A stretch of 63,958 nt of DNA, filler included, from Octopus bimaculoides (lineage: Eukaryota), in NCBI RefSeq assembly GCF_001194135.2. It is 10 parts of 10 records of this genome, joined end to end, with 100 filler letters (N's around TTAATTAATTAA, not from the genome) between each part and the next. Parts side by side here need not be neighbours in the genome. Positions count along the whole stretch, not along the records: positions 11,328 to 35,286 come from NC_068982.1; positions 35,387 to 44,820 come from NC_068997.1; 8 more parts are not named here. One strand, given 5' to 3'. The position numbers and the translations under genes are program-made. Each line of letters opens with the position of its first letter. The stretch's first letter is position 1. The notes beneath the pieces are model-generated. The model was given only the letters and a program-made list of their open reading frames with translations, had not been told where the DNA came from and did no database searches. Below, piece after piece: positions 24,170 to 36,883 of the stretch.

Positions 24170-27100
24170 TCACTCTCGACTTGTTCGTTCGTGTATTCCT
24201 GTGCGTTGTTCGAAAAGTTTGGCGTATGTTGTAATATTTGTGTTTAATTGTTGAATTTGCACTGTTGATTTATTACGTTGTTGAACTTTTGAGTGTTTTT
24301 TTAAACACCTATTTTTCTGCTTGTAGCAGACCTTTGTTAACGCTTTCCCCTTGTGTGAAGGGAGAAAATATTGTTGTATTTTTTTTAAAAAATGGAGAAA
24401 TCCCCTATTAAAACCAAGACCAGTAGTGAACCTGGTACAAGTGAAGATATCAGAAGCGGAGAAGGCAGTACACTTTTAATTAGCATGCCAACAGAAGAGT
24501 TTATACAAGGAAGAAAAGCTAGCAATTTTGCAGCAGCCAATGTCTAAAAAAAGACAATAAATTGTGGAAGCGATGAGCTCGGAAAATACAAAGATACGAT
24601 GAAAGGGAGGGGAGTAAAACAGTGATTACCCCTCCCAGTGAAACAACGTAGAATGCACTGCGGTGCACCGTGATATATAAATCATTTGTGACCAAAGCAA
24701 AAAAACTGGATATCGCAAGTAAAGAGGCGGTGGAGCTGTGCCTCCGTTCAGTTTGGAACGATGTGGCATACATCACAAGAGGAGTGAAGTATTCCGTTTT
24801 AAAATCGAGGAAAAGGCAAAACAAGCATCAACGGAGCCATTTAAAACTGCGGAGGTGGTTCTCCTACCTACTAATCTTGGAAGACGGAATTCCAAGATTA
24901 AGGTAGGAGACACCCCACCCGAAGTAGATCCCACTTGGCTGGTGGCAGCCATAATAAACGGCTTGGAGGATAAGATCACAATTCCTCAAGCCTCAGTGCT
25001 TGGACTGCAAAACTGGCAGGGGTAAGGCCTCAAAGTGATTGTACAGGCTGCCCCGGCTGATTTAGAAAATAATATAGAAACTATGCAGGCGAGGGAGACT
25101 AAGCTCCGAGTCACGGTAGAGGGGATGATGCTTCGTTGCTACAAGTGCGGTCAAAAAGGTCACATTAGGGTCGAGTGCAAACCTCCTACCGAAAAAGCAG
25201 CGACTTCCCCACCTGAAGAAAAACAAACAGATGCTGCAGGTGAAACGCAGGATGAAACTTCGGAAAATAAAAAAGAGGAAGAGGAGATGGAGGAAGCCCA
25301 AGGAGAAAGGTGGGAAATTTTTTTCCAGAAAAAAAGAAAAGACCCTTCCCATCCAACCCTACTAACTCGACATCAAAGCAAAAAAAAAAAACAACAAACA
25401 GATCACACAACTACAAAAAAAAATCCCAGCCCAAAATGTTCTCCACCCTTCTAGACATGGATTATACTGCAGTAGTGACTTGTTAGTCGTCACTACTGCA
25501 GCGACTAAAACACATACTAAATGCGGCCAACGTAACCAAAGACTACTGGGGAAAAACATCCCTCAAAACATTGCTATTTATAAAATAGACCGAGCCAATT
25601 ATAACATGTTGGCTAATCGATTTAGAAACATGAGCCCTGTGAAGAAAGACTTTAACCCACTAATGTTTGAGAGCCTAGTCAATGACACCTCGCAAGCCTC
25701 GAACTAAACACAAAAGGAATGAGATGGAGGCACCACCCCCTCTCAAACTGTAAGTATAACCATTCTGGATATTCTTAATGTAGGGTGTTTGAACGTACGC
25801 GGCCTGGGATCAGAGTGGAAACAAGGTCGTTTCTTTAATGCCCTCAGGTCGCATAGAATAGATATTATAGTTGCCACTTCCCCACTCTCCTAAATGGGTA
25901 CAAAAAAATTATTTCTCCATGCCTACCTGGAGGAGGGGAGACGCTGCTATACTGCTCAGGAAAAACCTGGATTTAGAGACAAGAACTATCTTCATCGACC
26001 CGGAAGGTATGTTGGTCGTTCTTGACGTGACACTAAGCAGGGGTAAGGTATTCAGGCTTAGTAGCTGTCTATGCTCCCTCGGGAACTGGCCAGTCTGATT
26101 TTTTTCGAGGCCTGGAGAAGTCAGAAGTCACTTAGGACGTCTCACACCATAGAAATGTTAGGTGACTTTATAGTAATCTGCGATGCATGCGTAGATTACG
26201 TTGGCTCGTCGATTGATAGGAGGGGAAACCCGTGCTTCAATAATCTGCTCAGTCGATTTCCCAAATATTCTATTGTGGACATGAACTAATAGCGATGGGT
26301 CATCTTACTTAGACAAGATTCTAATTAGAGAAATAGACAAAAAATCTAGTTAATAGTCTACAATTTCACTATGTCACAAATTTGTGAACTGTAGTCTGGA
26401 CTTATGTAAGTTACGTAGACAGGGATCCGGCTACTGGAAACTCAATAAGTCACCTTTGGCTCATGAGGAGTACAGGAATCAGATTAGACAGTTAGTAGTG
26501 AGGACATTGTGTGATGCCATTATTAACAACAAATGGTGGTATGCCCTCAAAAGAGCCATAAAATTTGAGTCTGTTTGGTATAGCAAAGAATTAGTGGCTA
26601 AGAAAAATAGAGTAGAGAGGGCTTTAGTTAGTACTCTAGACGAAGCACTGAAATCTGGCTCCGCGCCCCGAGTTTTAGCTGCGAGAATAGCGCTTAACCA
26701 TCACCTCGAAACCAAAAACGAAGGATGCGTAGTCAGGACTAAGCAACATGCAATGGGTCGCGAAGGATTCAAAACCGCGGGATGAACCTGTGTGATAGAG
26801 ACCCAACGTGGCAATAATGGCACTATAAGATTTTTGATGAATAATCAAGGGAACTTGGTGAAAAAACCCGAGATGTGTAAGGTCTTTCAGGAGCATTTCA
26901 CCCTGCTTTTCGAGAGGGGCGGCGGGCTGGAATGGAGGAAGTACCTCACGTACTTCCCCGCTGGCGGGCCGCGTCCCTCGGGGCGGGAAGCGGAGCGCTG
27001 TGAGGGGCCGATCACAATTGCGGAGTTGCAGGAGGTTTTGTCGGACTGTGGTGGAGACAAGTCGCCAGGACTAGATGGTCTCCCCCACGAGCTTTATAAC

Positions 27101-28378
27101 AGTATGCCAGACTTGTTCAGGCACCTACTAGAATGCGTTTTCACCAATTGGCAACAGAATGGGTTTATACCCAGATCTGTGAGCCGGGGAATGGTGACGC
27201 TGCTTAGAAAGGACCCTAACAAGGGAATATTATAATAATTTCAGGCCCATCACTCTGCTTAACACAGAGTTGAATATTTTGGCCAAGGTGTTAGCAAAAA
27301 GGTTGGCGCGTGTCGTTTGGCGGAATCGTCGAGGAGGCACAAACTTGTGCTGTTCCTGACAGATCCATATACGATAATCTCCATCTTCTACGCTACACCT
27401 TAGAGAGCCTAATGGGTCTCCTGGCAAGGTGGGGCTCTGGTTCATTTAGACCAGTCCAAGACTTTTAATAGGGTTGACCATCGGTATCTGGTGTCGGCCT
27501 TCGCAGCATTCGGGCTCGGCCCCGTCTTCCGTGAGCGGACCATTGCTCTATACAGTAACATCGACTCGATCGTTCGGGTGAACGGGTTCTTCTCGAAGCC
27601 GTTCAACATCAAGCGCTCTGTTCATAAAGGGTGTCTTCTCTCCCCACTTCTGTATGTGTTGGCTCTAGAGCCCTTACTGCGGAAGTTGGAGGGCTTGAAG
27701 GGCGTCCCACGCGATCTAGGTTACAGTAGGAAGGTTTCGGCGTATGCGGATGACATCACCATCACCGTGTCCGGGATGGTACACCTACAGAGAGTAAGCA
27801 AAGCCATTAAAGACTACGAGGCAGTGGCAGGAGCAAAAGTTAACCGGAATAAGTCAGCCAGCTTGCAACTCGGCACCTGGAGAAGCAAGACGATACTTCC
27901 CAACAACGTCGTAGAGCGTTGTACGGAGGATCCGGTTAAAATGCTAGTGGTTTGGTTGGGCCTCTGAAAGGAAGGGCGGAGGTCGCAGGAGTGTTTATCG
28001 CTTTTGTGATTACCTACCACCTAACCGTCGTGCCTTGCCCCCGTTCGTGGTTGATCAAGTTGGAGCGGCTGCTCTTCCGCTTTTTGTGGAGGGGTAAAAG
28101 TCCTGTTGTAAAGCCCTCTGTCTACTGCCAGCACCAGCTAAAGCGTGGGCTAGGGATGCCTTGACTGTTGATGCGCAGACATGCGCTGAGGCTGAGGCAT
28201 TTGTGGCTCTACCTGAATGGTGAACAGGTGTAGTCTCCGTTCGTTCGGTCGTTACTTCCTGAGCTTACTAGTTTGAATGAACTAGAACCTTGGATCAAGT
28301 GTAGACTAAAGTTGGGTGCTTGGCAAGCGGAGTATCGTGAGGCACTCAAGCTTCTCTATAGAGGGTTGGTTGAGGCTC
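24170..28378 (+). mobile_element. Tx1/L1-clade non-LTR retrotransposon, decayed, 3'-truncated
   Basis: ORF1 remnants from ATG 24392 include a CCHC knuckle CYKCGQKGHIRVEC (25137-25178). ORF2 remnants include the APE motif VGCLNVRGL (~25780), GSGYWKLN, KSPGLDGLPHELY, FRPITLLNTE..ILAKVLAKRL, GCLLSPLLYVLALEPLLR and YADDITI. There are many stops and frameshifts. Confidence 0.93.
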
Positions 28379-28830
28379 AGAAGCATATTGCCATGAAATT
28401 GCCAAAATGAACGAGAAACTGTTACTCCTCCGTCCCACACTGGTCAACAGAAAAGGGCCAATCATTCTTCACAATGCTCGACTGCACGTTTCACTAACGA
28501 CGCTTCAGAAGTTGAGGGAACGTGGCTACGAAGTACTTCCCCATCCAACTTATTCCCCAGACAGTTCTCCTACCGATTACCACTTTTTCAAGCACCTCGA
28601 TAGTTTCCTGCGAGAGGAGTTCAAAAATCAAATCGATGCTGAAAGTGTATTCCAAGAGGTCATCAGCTCCAGAACTCCACATTTTTATGCTATCGGAATA
28701 AACAAACTTGTAACTCGTTAGCAAAAATGTGCTGATTGTAATGGTACTTACTTTGATAAATAAAATTTCCGCATTATTGAAATATATTGTGATGAATTTC
28801 ACGTTTCAAAACGTTGCTTACTCAGCCTGA
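28379..28830 (+). mobile_element. Mariner 3' fragment with right TIR and flanking TA
   Basis: ORF 28407-28721 contains NRKGPIILHNARLHV, LPHPTYSPDSSPTDYHFF and INKLVTR*QKC. The element ends ...GTTGCTTACTCAGCCTGA|TA. The second catalytic Asp is deleted. Confidence 0.9.
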
Positions 28831-28854
28831 TAATATATATAAGTCTGTCATACC

Positions 28855-28894
28855 GGCCGTGACGAAGGGAAATAGCCCTGAAACTCGAGTCGCC
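28855..28894 (+). ncRNA. Candidate minimal type I hammerhead ribozyme (one extra base in the core)
   Basis: GGC-C(G)TGACGA-AGGG aaatag CCCT-GAAAC tcga GTC-GCC gives stem I GGC/GCC, stem II AGGG/CCCT, a palindromic stem III and a GUC cleavage triplet. Confidence 0.4.
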
Positions 28895-30271
28895 TTTATA
28901 TATATATATTTATATTTATATATTTATATATTTGATCCTTTATATTGAACACTCAATATTTCATCTACATTCAATACTTTCTTTCATGGTGCCATCCATT
29001 TTTATGTTATTTTATTTTATATTGTATATTGTATATCATATTATATATTGTATATTCCATATTCTATACCCCACATTAGTTCTGCAGAAATATAAATAAA
29101 ACATAAAAAACAGACAGTGTTGGAACTCTTTTAAGCAAAATAATATATTCCTCTATACACNNNNNNNNNNNNNNNNNNNNNNNNNNNNNNNNNNNNNNNN
29201 NNNNNNNNNNNNNNNNNNNNNNNNNNNNNNNNNNNNNNNNNNNNNNNNNNNNNNNNNNNNNNNNNNNNNNNNNNNNNNNNNNNNNNNNNNNNNNNNNNNT
29301 ATATATATACATGTGTGTGTGTGTCTTTGCGCTTGTTTTTGTCCCTACGACTGCTTGACAACCGGTGTTGGTTTTTCTAAGTACCCGTAACTTATCTGTC
29401 CGGCATAAGAGACCAATAGAATAAATACCATGCTTCTGAAAAATTAGGATTGGAGTCGATTCTTTTGCAGTGACCCATTATGGGTGTAGTCCAATGAGTG
29501 AAACATAAAAGATATGTATGTATGTATGTATGTATGTATGCATGCATGCATGCAAGTATGTATGCGTATATATGTGTAGCCCACCTGTGATGATTCCTTC
29601 GAAAATCTCTGATGCCTTATACTCAGGCATCAGAGTAAAACCCGAATACAAAACTGTCAACATGTCCTCATGTTTGAGATGTTTCTAAGACATTTATAGG
29701 ACTCTGGTTTCGGTCGCTTCACTCTGTTCCCTGGACAAATACTTCCAGACGTAGTTTCGTGTTGACCCATGTATGGTGACTGAAAATGAGTAGACAGAAA
29801 CCATTGAATGAACTGCAGCTCTCTTTCAAATGGTTTGCCTTGTTATACACTCTGACACAAATCTTCCGTTTGAAAATTATGTTAAGTGCCTGCAGAATAC
29901 ACGATCACTGAGTAAGCAGGTAGTTCAGTTGAACAACTAACATCCTTATTATCTACAAAACCGGTGGGGAATTCATTCAGTTTATCCATTGTATGTGTAT
30001 ATTTATTTTTACAACTAAGAAGTTAGACTTGTCTAGCAAGATTATTTCATAAGAGAGCGTATGGTAACTCTAAAATATTTACATGGTAGATAAAATGTAA
30101 TTTCCTTTTTAAAACACACATTTAAAGTTATATCCTTTATCATTTATCTGTTACTTGTTTTAGTCATTAGGCTGCGGTCATGCTGGGGCACCGTAATGAA
30201 GGGTTTGGTGAAACAAATCCACCCTAGTATTTTTTTTAAAAGTCTGGTACTTTTTTTTTAAGTCTGATATT

Positions 30272-30600
30272 TATCTTTTACTTGTTTCAGTCATTAGACA
30301 AGCGGCCATACTGGGTTATCACCTTGAAGAGTTTTAGTCGAATGTATCGGCCCCAGTACTTTTATTTTAAAACATGTAATTATTCTATCGATCTTTTTTT
30401 ACCGAACTGCTAAGTTACGGGGACGTAAACACATCGGCGCCGGTTGTCAAACGGTGCGTGGGGAACAAACACATACACAAAGACACACACGCACACACAC
30501 GCACACACACACACGCACACACACACACACATATACATATATATATATATATATATATACGACGGTCTTCTTTCAGTTTCCGTCTACCAAATTCTCTCGC
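30272..30600 (-). mobile_element. SINE family A copy, head region interrupted by a family B SINE
   Basis: CTAAGTTACGGGGACGTAAAC...(CA)n(TA)n...CTTTCAGTTTCCGTCTACCAAA. Confidence 0.8.
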
Positions 30601-30607
30601 AAGGTTT

Positions 30608-31395
30608 TAATATTGGTTTCAAATTTTGGCACAGGGCCAACAAGTTCAGGGAGTGGGGTAAGTCGATTACATCTACACCAGTGCTCGATTTGTGCTTGTT
30701 TTATCGACGCAGAAAGGATAACAGGCGAAGTCGACCTCGGCGAAATTTGAACTCAGAACGCAAAGAAGGACGAAATGCCGCTAGGCATTTTCTCCGGCGT
30801 GCTAACGATTCTACCAGCTCTTAAGCACTTTGTCTAAACAAGAAGAAAACTCAAATGTATGAGAACACTTAAAATAGTTTTCATGGACATTTCTCACATT
30901 TTAAGAAAAACATTGTCGACCTGAAAATATTTGATTATTTTAAAACTCTTTCAAAACTGAATTACAAGAAATTCAACAAAATCTCAATTTTCAGATTCTG
31001 GCCTTCTTTCCTACATTATATTATTGGTTCCAAATTTTGGCACAAAGCCAGCAATTTCACAAGAGGAAGTAAGTCGATTACATACTCAGTGCTCAACCGG
31101 TCCTTGTTTATCGATCCAGAAAGGATGAAAGGAAAAGTCGGCCTCGGCGAAATTTGAACTCAAAACGTAAAGAAGGACGAAATACGTCTAAACATTTTCC
31201 CCGTGTGCTAACGATTCTGCCAGCTCTTAAACACTTTGTCTAAATAACAAGAAACTCAAATGCGTACTTAACACATTCTACAAAAAACATAGTCGACATA
31301 AAAATACTTGATTCTTAGAAAACTTTTTCAATACTGCAATATTAAGAATTTAACAGTATGTTAATATTCAGAATCTCGTCTCCTTTCTAATGAAA
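30608..31395 (-). repeat. Diverged tandem duplication (~410 bp unit), each unit containing a SINE B copy plus unique flank
   Basis: Units ~30608-31020 and ~31021-31395 share the SINE and the following CAGCTCTTAA.CACTTTGTCTAAA...AACTCAAATG...GTCGAC... Confidence 0.85.
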
Positions 31396-32821
31396 TATTA
31401 TCGTTAATTATAAGCAACACCATTAGTAAAATGGCCACCTTGCTGTTACTTGAGGTCGCTGGAGGGGAGGGAGTTGGAACAGCTCGATTTAAACAAAGCT
31501 ACGATGAAAACAAAAATAATAATGACGAAAGAAACTTGAGAAAAAAACCCATAGCTACTGTTATCAAGGTTTTATTACGTACAATAACCAACTTTGCTTT
31601 ACATCCGCAATAAAATAGCGTTTATGGCGGATGTAAATAGTGGAATCCGGTTGTAGACGTATTACATAATGCAGTCATTGGCTGATGAAAAATCAGCACC
31701 AAATAACTGCTAGTTTTTTTTATAGTTGGTACATTTCTTATCCTTTCCAAACAAACAAACAGACAAACAAACAAAAATTCCCACTACTTTCGTAGTATAT
31801 CCGTCATGTGTGTGTGTCTGTGCCTTCTCAGCCGGCGGGATTCAAATTTCAATTATTTTATATGACATACTTGATTATAATATCGTGTTTTATGTTGAAA
31901 GGAAACATGTAAAAGTTCAAGAAAGCAAACGGTTCAAGAAGAAAAGACTGGCCTAGTTGAGAGTTGGATTTCGTAGTGCTGGTAGGATGAATGAAGAAAT
32001 GAATGAGTAATGATTGAGCAAATGTAAATCAAAGTGTACGCGCGAGTGTGTGTCTGTGTCTGTGTCGGCGCATGTGTGTTTCTCTGTGTTTGTTGATATG
32101 CGCGTATTTGATGAGGCATTTTATTGAGCAAATAACTATAACGACTTTACACTTTGTTACACAATATGTATGTGTGCGTGCCATGTGAGTACGTATGTGC
32201 GAGTATTTGTATGTGTGGAAAGGTGTTATATATGCGTGTGTGTGTGTATTTATATATATATATATATATATATCATTTATCATCGTAAATATACAGGGAT
32301 TAGCATTGAGTTGCTTCTCCTATCGCCATCCATTTAGAGAAAGATTTGTAGTTTAGAATCAGTAGTTTTTTGACTGCTATTTCTAAATTTTCAGTATGTT
32401 GGAGAAGCAACTCAATGCTNNNNNNNNNNNNNNNNNNNNNNNNNNNNNNNNNNNNNNNNNNNNNNNNNNNNNNNNNNNNNNNNNNNNNNNNNNNNNNNNN
32501 NNNNNNNNNNNNNNNNNNNNNNNNNNNNNNNNNNNNNNNNNNNNNNNNNNNNNNNNNNNNNNNNNNNNNNNNNNNNNNNNNNNNNNNNNNNNNNNNNNNN
32601 NNNNNNNNNNNNNNNNNNNNNNNNNNNNNNNNNNNNNNNNNNNNNNNNNNNNNNNNNNNNNNNNNNNNNNNNNNNNNNNNNNNNNNNNNNNNNNNNNNNN
32701 NNNNNNNNNNNNNNNNNNNNNNTATAAACGTGTATATATAGTTATATATAATATATATATACTTACATATTAATAAATATACACATGCATGTGTGTGTAC
32801 ATATCCATACATGCAAACATG

Positions 32822-32874
<53 letters not shown>

Positions 32875-32980
32875 ATATAGATATATTAAAAATGCACTTA
32901 CATATAAATACATACACGTATGCACATATGTATATATTTTTACAAGATTTGTGGTTTTTCTACAAGACTGTACATACTTA

Positions 32981-33352
32981 TGAGGAGGTATCAAAAGTAA
33001 CTGGAAACGTTCTCTGTGTGACAAGCCCGCTGTAGTTCAGGCTTCCGCCGCTAAAAGCCACTTGATGCGACCCTCAGGCATCAGTTTGCCGACCGTTGTC
33101 GTCGAATAATGTCGTAATGCCACGTTGTACGTCTTTGTTTTGCAGTGCTTCTTCCCTGGTCGTCAATTTTTGCGATGGCTGAAGCGAAGGGACAACGTTC
33201 TTCCGTGAAATTTTGTTTTCTGCTGTAGAAAACGACGGCCGAAACAGTTGTCATGCTTCAAAGAGCTTACAAGGACGCTGCCATGAGCAAAACACAAGAG
33301 TACGAATGGTCTTCATGCTTTAGGAACAGTCCCCTGTCGCTCGAAGGCCAAC
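32981..33352 (+). mobile_element. Mariner 5' fragment (left TIR and N-terminal HTH region)
   Basis: The TIR-like start is TA|TGAGGAGGTATCAAAA. From ATG 33175 it reads MAEAKGQRSSVKFCFLL*KTTAETVVMLQRAYKDAAMSKTQEYEW...SLEGQP, resembling the mariner QR..KFC..LGK...ET..ML..AY....S..QV.EW...LED.PR motif. Confidence 0.8.
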
Positions 33353-33369
33353 CTAATTTACTACTAATT

Positions 33370-33370
<1 letters not shown>

Positions 33371-33427
<57 letters not shown>
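33371..33427. repeat. (ACT)n microsatellite grading into degenerate Thr/Ala-like triplets
   Basis: Seen directly in sequence. Confidence 0.95.
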
Positions 33428-34937
33428 GCTGCTGCTGCCTCTGTTGCTGTTGTTGCTGCTACTTCTAAAATTCCCACTGCTTCAGTGGATATTACTACTT
33501 GTGGTACAGCCATTACTTCCATTCCTCCAACTGAAGTACAGGAAAAAACTGTTACCACTACAGCGACGACCATTTCCACTTCTACCACTACAACTACTGT
33601 TAAAGCTGTAATTTTTACCTCTATGAATGAACCTGGTACAACCACTATAACTACGACCACTACTATTGCTGCTTAGAATCCTGGAAGCAATGACCCTTAC
33701 GAAGTTATATTTCAAAATACACTACAACTGAAAATGGACTCTATCATGAATCAAATTCTTCCAATCATGAACCAATCATAAAAAGCAAAAATCCCAAATC
33801 AATGAAAAGGTATTAACAAAGGATCAATAAACCATAGCTACTGTTACTACATGAAGGAACAATTGACCTCTGCCACTGCAAAAAACTACGGTCACTTGGC
33901 CATGCTGCTATTTGTATGGTCAAGTTACCAGACAGCCACCAGAAGGAAGCCAGCAACCACTACCATGTGGAGTTTGTGAATTCCCATGTGAAATTTTGCT
34001 GTTCTGCTTAACCGTATTTTGCATGCATATGCTGTCAGGTAAATAATAGCTGTTACGTACAACTCTTTCAGTTACCCGTCTTTCTATGTCCTGCAGCCAA
34101 ACGCTCAACATTTTAGTTTGAAGTATTGCTCTCATGCACACAAACACATATATATATATTACGGAGATGTACTTGCATAGCAAGTGACTTGATCATAGAT
34201 AGTGTACTGAAAAAAAAACAATTGCAGCGTGCAATATGTTTGTAGGCCATTCAGGAAAACACAAAAACCGTTAATTAAATTTCATTTTAACAGCTACCTG
34301 TTCATTGACAAAACTTCACGCTGCATCTCTCTCTATATGTATGCATGTATGTGTGTGTATCTTTGGGTCTGTGTTTGGCTTCCCCATCACCACTTGACAA
34401 CTGGTGTTCGTGTGTTTACGTCCCCGTAACTTAGCGATTCGGCAAAAGAGACCGAAACAATAAGAATTATGCTTCAAAAAAAAAGTCCTAGGGTCGATTT
34501 GTTCAACTAAAGCCCTTCAAGGCAGTACTCCNNNNNNNNNNNNNNNNNNNNNNNNNNNNNNNNNNNNNNNNNNNNNNNNNNNNNNNNNNNNNNNNNNNNN
34601 NNNNNNNNNNNNNNNNNNNNNNNNNNNNNNNNNNNNNNNNNTATATATATATATATATATATATTCCACTTGCAAAGTGTTTACCAACTTAAGACTTATT
34701 TTTCTCATCTCTGGCTTTTAATGATTATATAATAAAAAATAATTTTTCTTTCACACGCTCCTTTATATGAAAGTTACTTACTAAACAAATCTCGCCTGAG
34801 TATCCGAAATTTGATACACGCTTATACTCACACACACACTCACACATACAAAAACTCACACATGCACGCACGCACACATACACACATATAAAATGACGAC
34901 AATTTACTCATCACAACTTGTGTGTATACTTGATAGT

Positions 34938-35286
34938 GGAGGCGCAATGGCCCAGTGGTAAGGGCAGCAGACTCGCGATCGTAGGATCGCGGTTTCGATT
35001 CCCAGACCAGGCGTTGTGAGTGTTTATTGAGCGAAAACACCTGAAGCTCCACGAGGCTCCGGCAGGGGATGGTGGCGAACCCTGCTGTACTCTTTCACCA
35101 CAACTTTCTCTCACTCTTACTTCCTGTTTCTGTTGTGCCTGTAATTCAAAGGGTCAGCCTTGTCACACTGTGTCACGCTGAATCTCCCCGAGAACTACAT
35201 TAATGGTACACGTATCTGTGGAGTGCTCAGTCATTTGCACGTTAATTTCACGAGCAGGCTGTTCCGTTGATCGGATCAACTGGAAC
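34938..35286 (+). mobile_element. SINE family C (tRNA-derived, young), truncated by a gap
   Basis: A-box-like TGGCCCAGTGG and B-box-like GTTTCGATTCC; highly similar to 47014-47394. Confidence 0.92.
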
Positions 35287-35539
35287 NNNNNNNNNNNNNN
35301 NNNNNNNNNNNNNNNNNNNNNNNNNNNNNNTTAATTAATTAANNNNNNNNNNNNNNNNNNNNNNNNNNNNNNNNNNNNNNNNNNNNTTATTGCACCTGAA
35401 CATCTGCCACAAACAAAAACTAACTTGCTAGTTAACCTGCCTTTGATGTTGCTGCACCTCTTATGTGTCCGTAGCTTGCACCGGGTACATCTTATAGAGT
35501 TACTACCTACTCCTTTTCTACATACTGAGCAGGGCCATC

Positions 35540-35591
<52 letters not shown>

Positions 35592-36374
35592 ATACATATA
35601 TACATATATGAGAGGCTTCCTTCAGTTTCCATCTGCCAAATCAAATCCAGTGTCGAGGATCTTGTGAGCAGAAAGGTAGAAAACACTTGCCACACAGTGG
35701 GACTGAACTCAGAACCATGTTATTCAGAAGCAAACTTCTTACTACACAGTCATAAAAACAAATAAATAAATGAAGTTATATCTTGGTTAAAACATATTTG
35801 CGTTATTGTCCATAGATTCACTTCTATCTAACATACCTATGTGTTGTTTATCATTTACAATTCTTGCAGATATGGGCTTAGACAGACAGACACACACACA
35901 CACACACAGGAGTGGAGCTTGGCTGTAAGATAATACAGAAATACAGTGTGATGGTTTATTTCCTGTACATAGTTCATCAGCTTGTTTATGTCATTGCAGA
36001 ATATTGGAAAACAACCCAATCCTTAACAGGAAATTCTACAAGTGTAACATTGTGAACCAGCGTAATTAAAAATTTTGTACAATTGAAACCCAAATATTTT
36101 TGTTATAAAGAAAATAAGCAAGATTTAAAAAGAAAATGTCTTTTAAGAAATCGCTTCTTTGGATATGAAGATTCATTCTAAGACCCTATTTGCTAAATGT
36201 ACTTGTTTCAGACAAGAAAACAAGGGAACCTCTTCGTAGTAACTTAACTTGCTAGAAGTAGCTGCCAGATTCTCGAAGGTCTAAAACAGTACCTACAGAT
36301 TTGTTGATAAATTCACCTTCATATGATTATTGAATAATTTGTTCATTGATTATGTTAATAACGTTTATATATAC

Positions 36375-36535
36375 ACGACAGGCTTCTTTCAATTTCCATC
36401 TACCAAATCCACTCACAAGGCTTTGGTTGACCCAAGGCTATAGTAGAAGGCACTTGTCCAAGGTGCCATGCAATGGGACTACACCTGGAACCATGTGGTT
36501 GCGAAGCAAGCTTCTTACCACACAGCCACTCCTAC
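36375..36535 (-). mobile_element. SINE family A 5' half
   Basis: CTACCAAATCCACTCACAAGGCTTTGG...GAACCATGTGG...CTTACCACACAGCCACTCCT. Confidence 0.88.
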
Positions 36536-36561
36536 ACACATATATATATATATATATATAT

Positions 36562-36798
36562 ATCATCATCATCATCGTCGTCGTCATCGTTTAATGTCCA
36601 CTTTCCATACTGGCATGGGTTGGATGGTTTGACTGGGGTCTGAGAAACCAGAAGGCTGCACAAGGCTCCAATCTGATCTGGCAAGGTTTCTACAGCTGAA
36701 TGTCCTTCCTAACACCAACTACTCCAAGAGTGTAGTGGGTGCTTTTTACGTGCCACCGGCAGGCAACGCTGGCAACGATCACGCTCAAATGGTGCTTT

Positions 36799-36802
<4 letters not shown>
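36562..36802 (-). mobile_element. SINE-like family D copy with (GAT)n tail
   Basis: CATCATCATCGTTTAA.GTCCACTTTCCAT...CCAATCTGAT.TGGCA.GGTTTCTACAGCTG. The tail resembles RTE-type 3' ends. Confidence 0.8.

Positions 36803-36881
<79 letters not shown>
36803..36881. repeat. (AT)n-(AG)n microsatellite
   Basis: Seen directly in sequence. Confidence 0.97.

Positions 36882-36883
<2 letters not shown>

Noticed and set aside
31598-31637. Short hairpin TTTACATCCGC/GCGGATGTAAA as a Helitron end or terminator
   Set aside because: No CTRR terminus at the expected distance, and intrinsic terminators are not applicable to this eukaryotic context.
34938-35010. tRNA gene (also the heads at 47014 and 48371)
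   Set aside because: A and B boxes are present, but there is no complete cloverleaf and the sequence continues into a shared SINE body.
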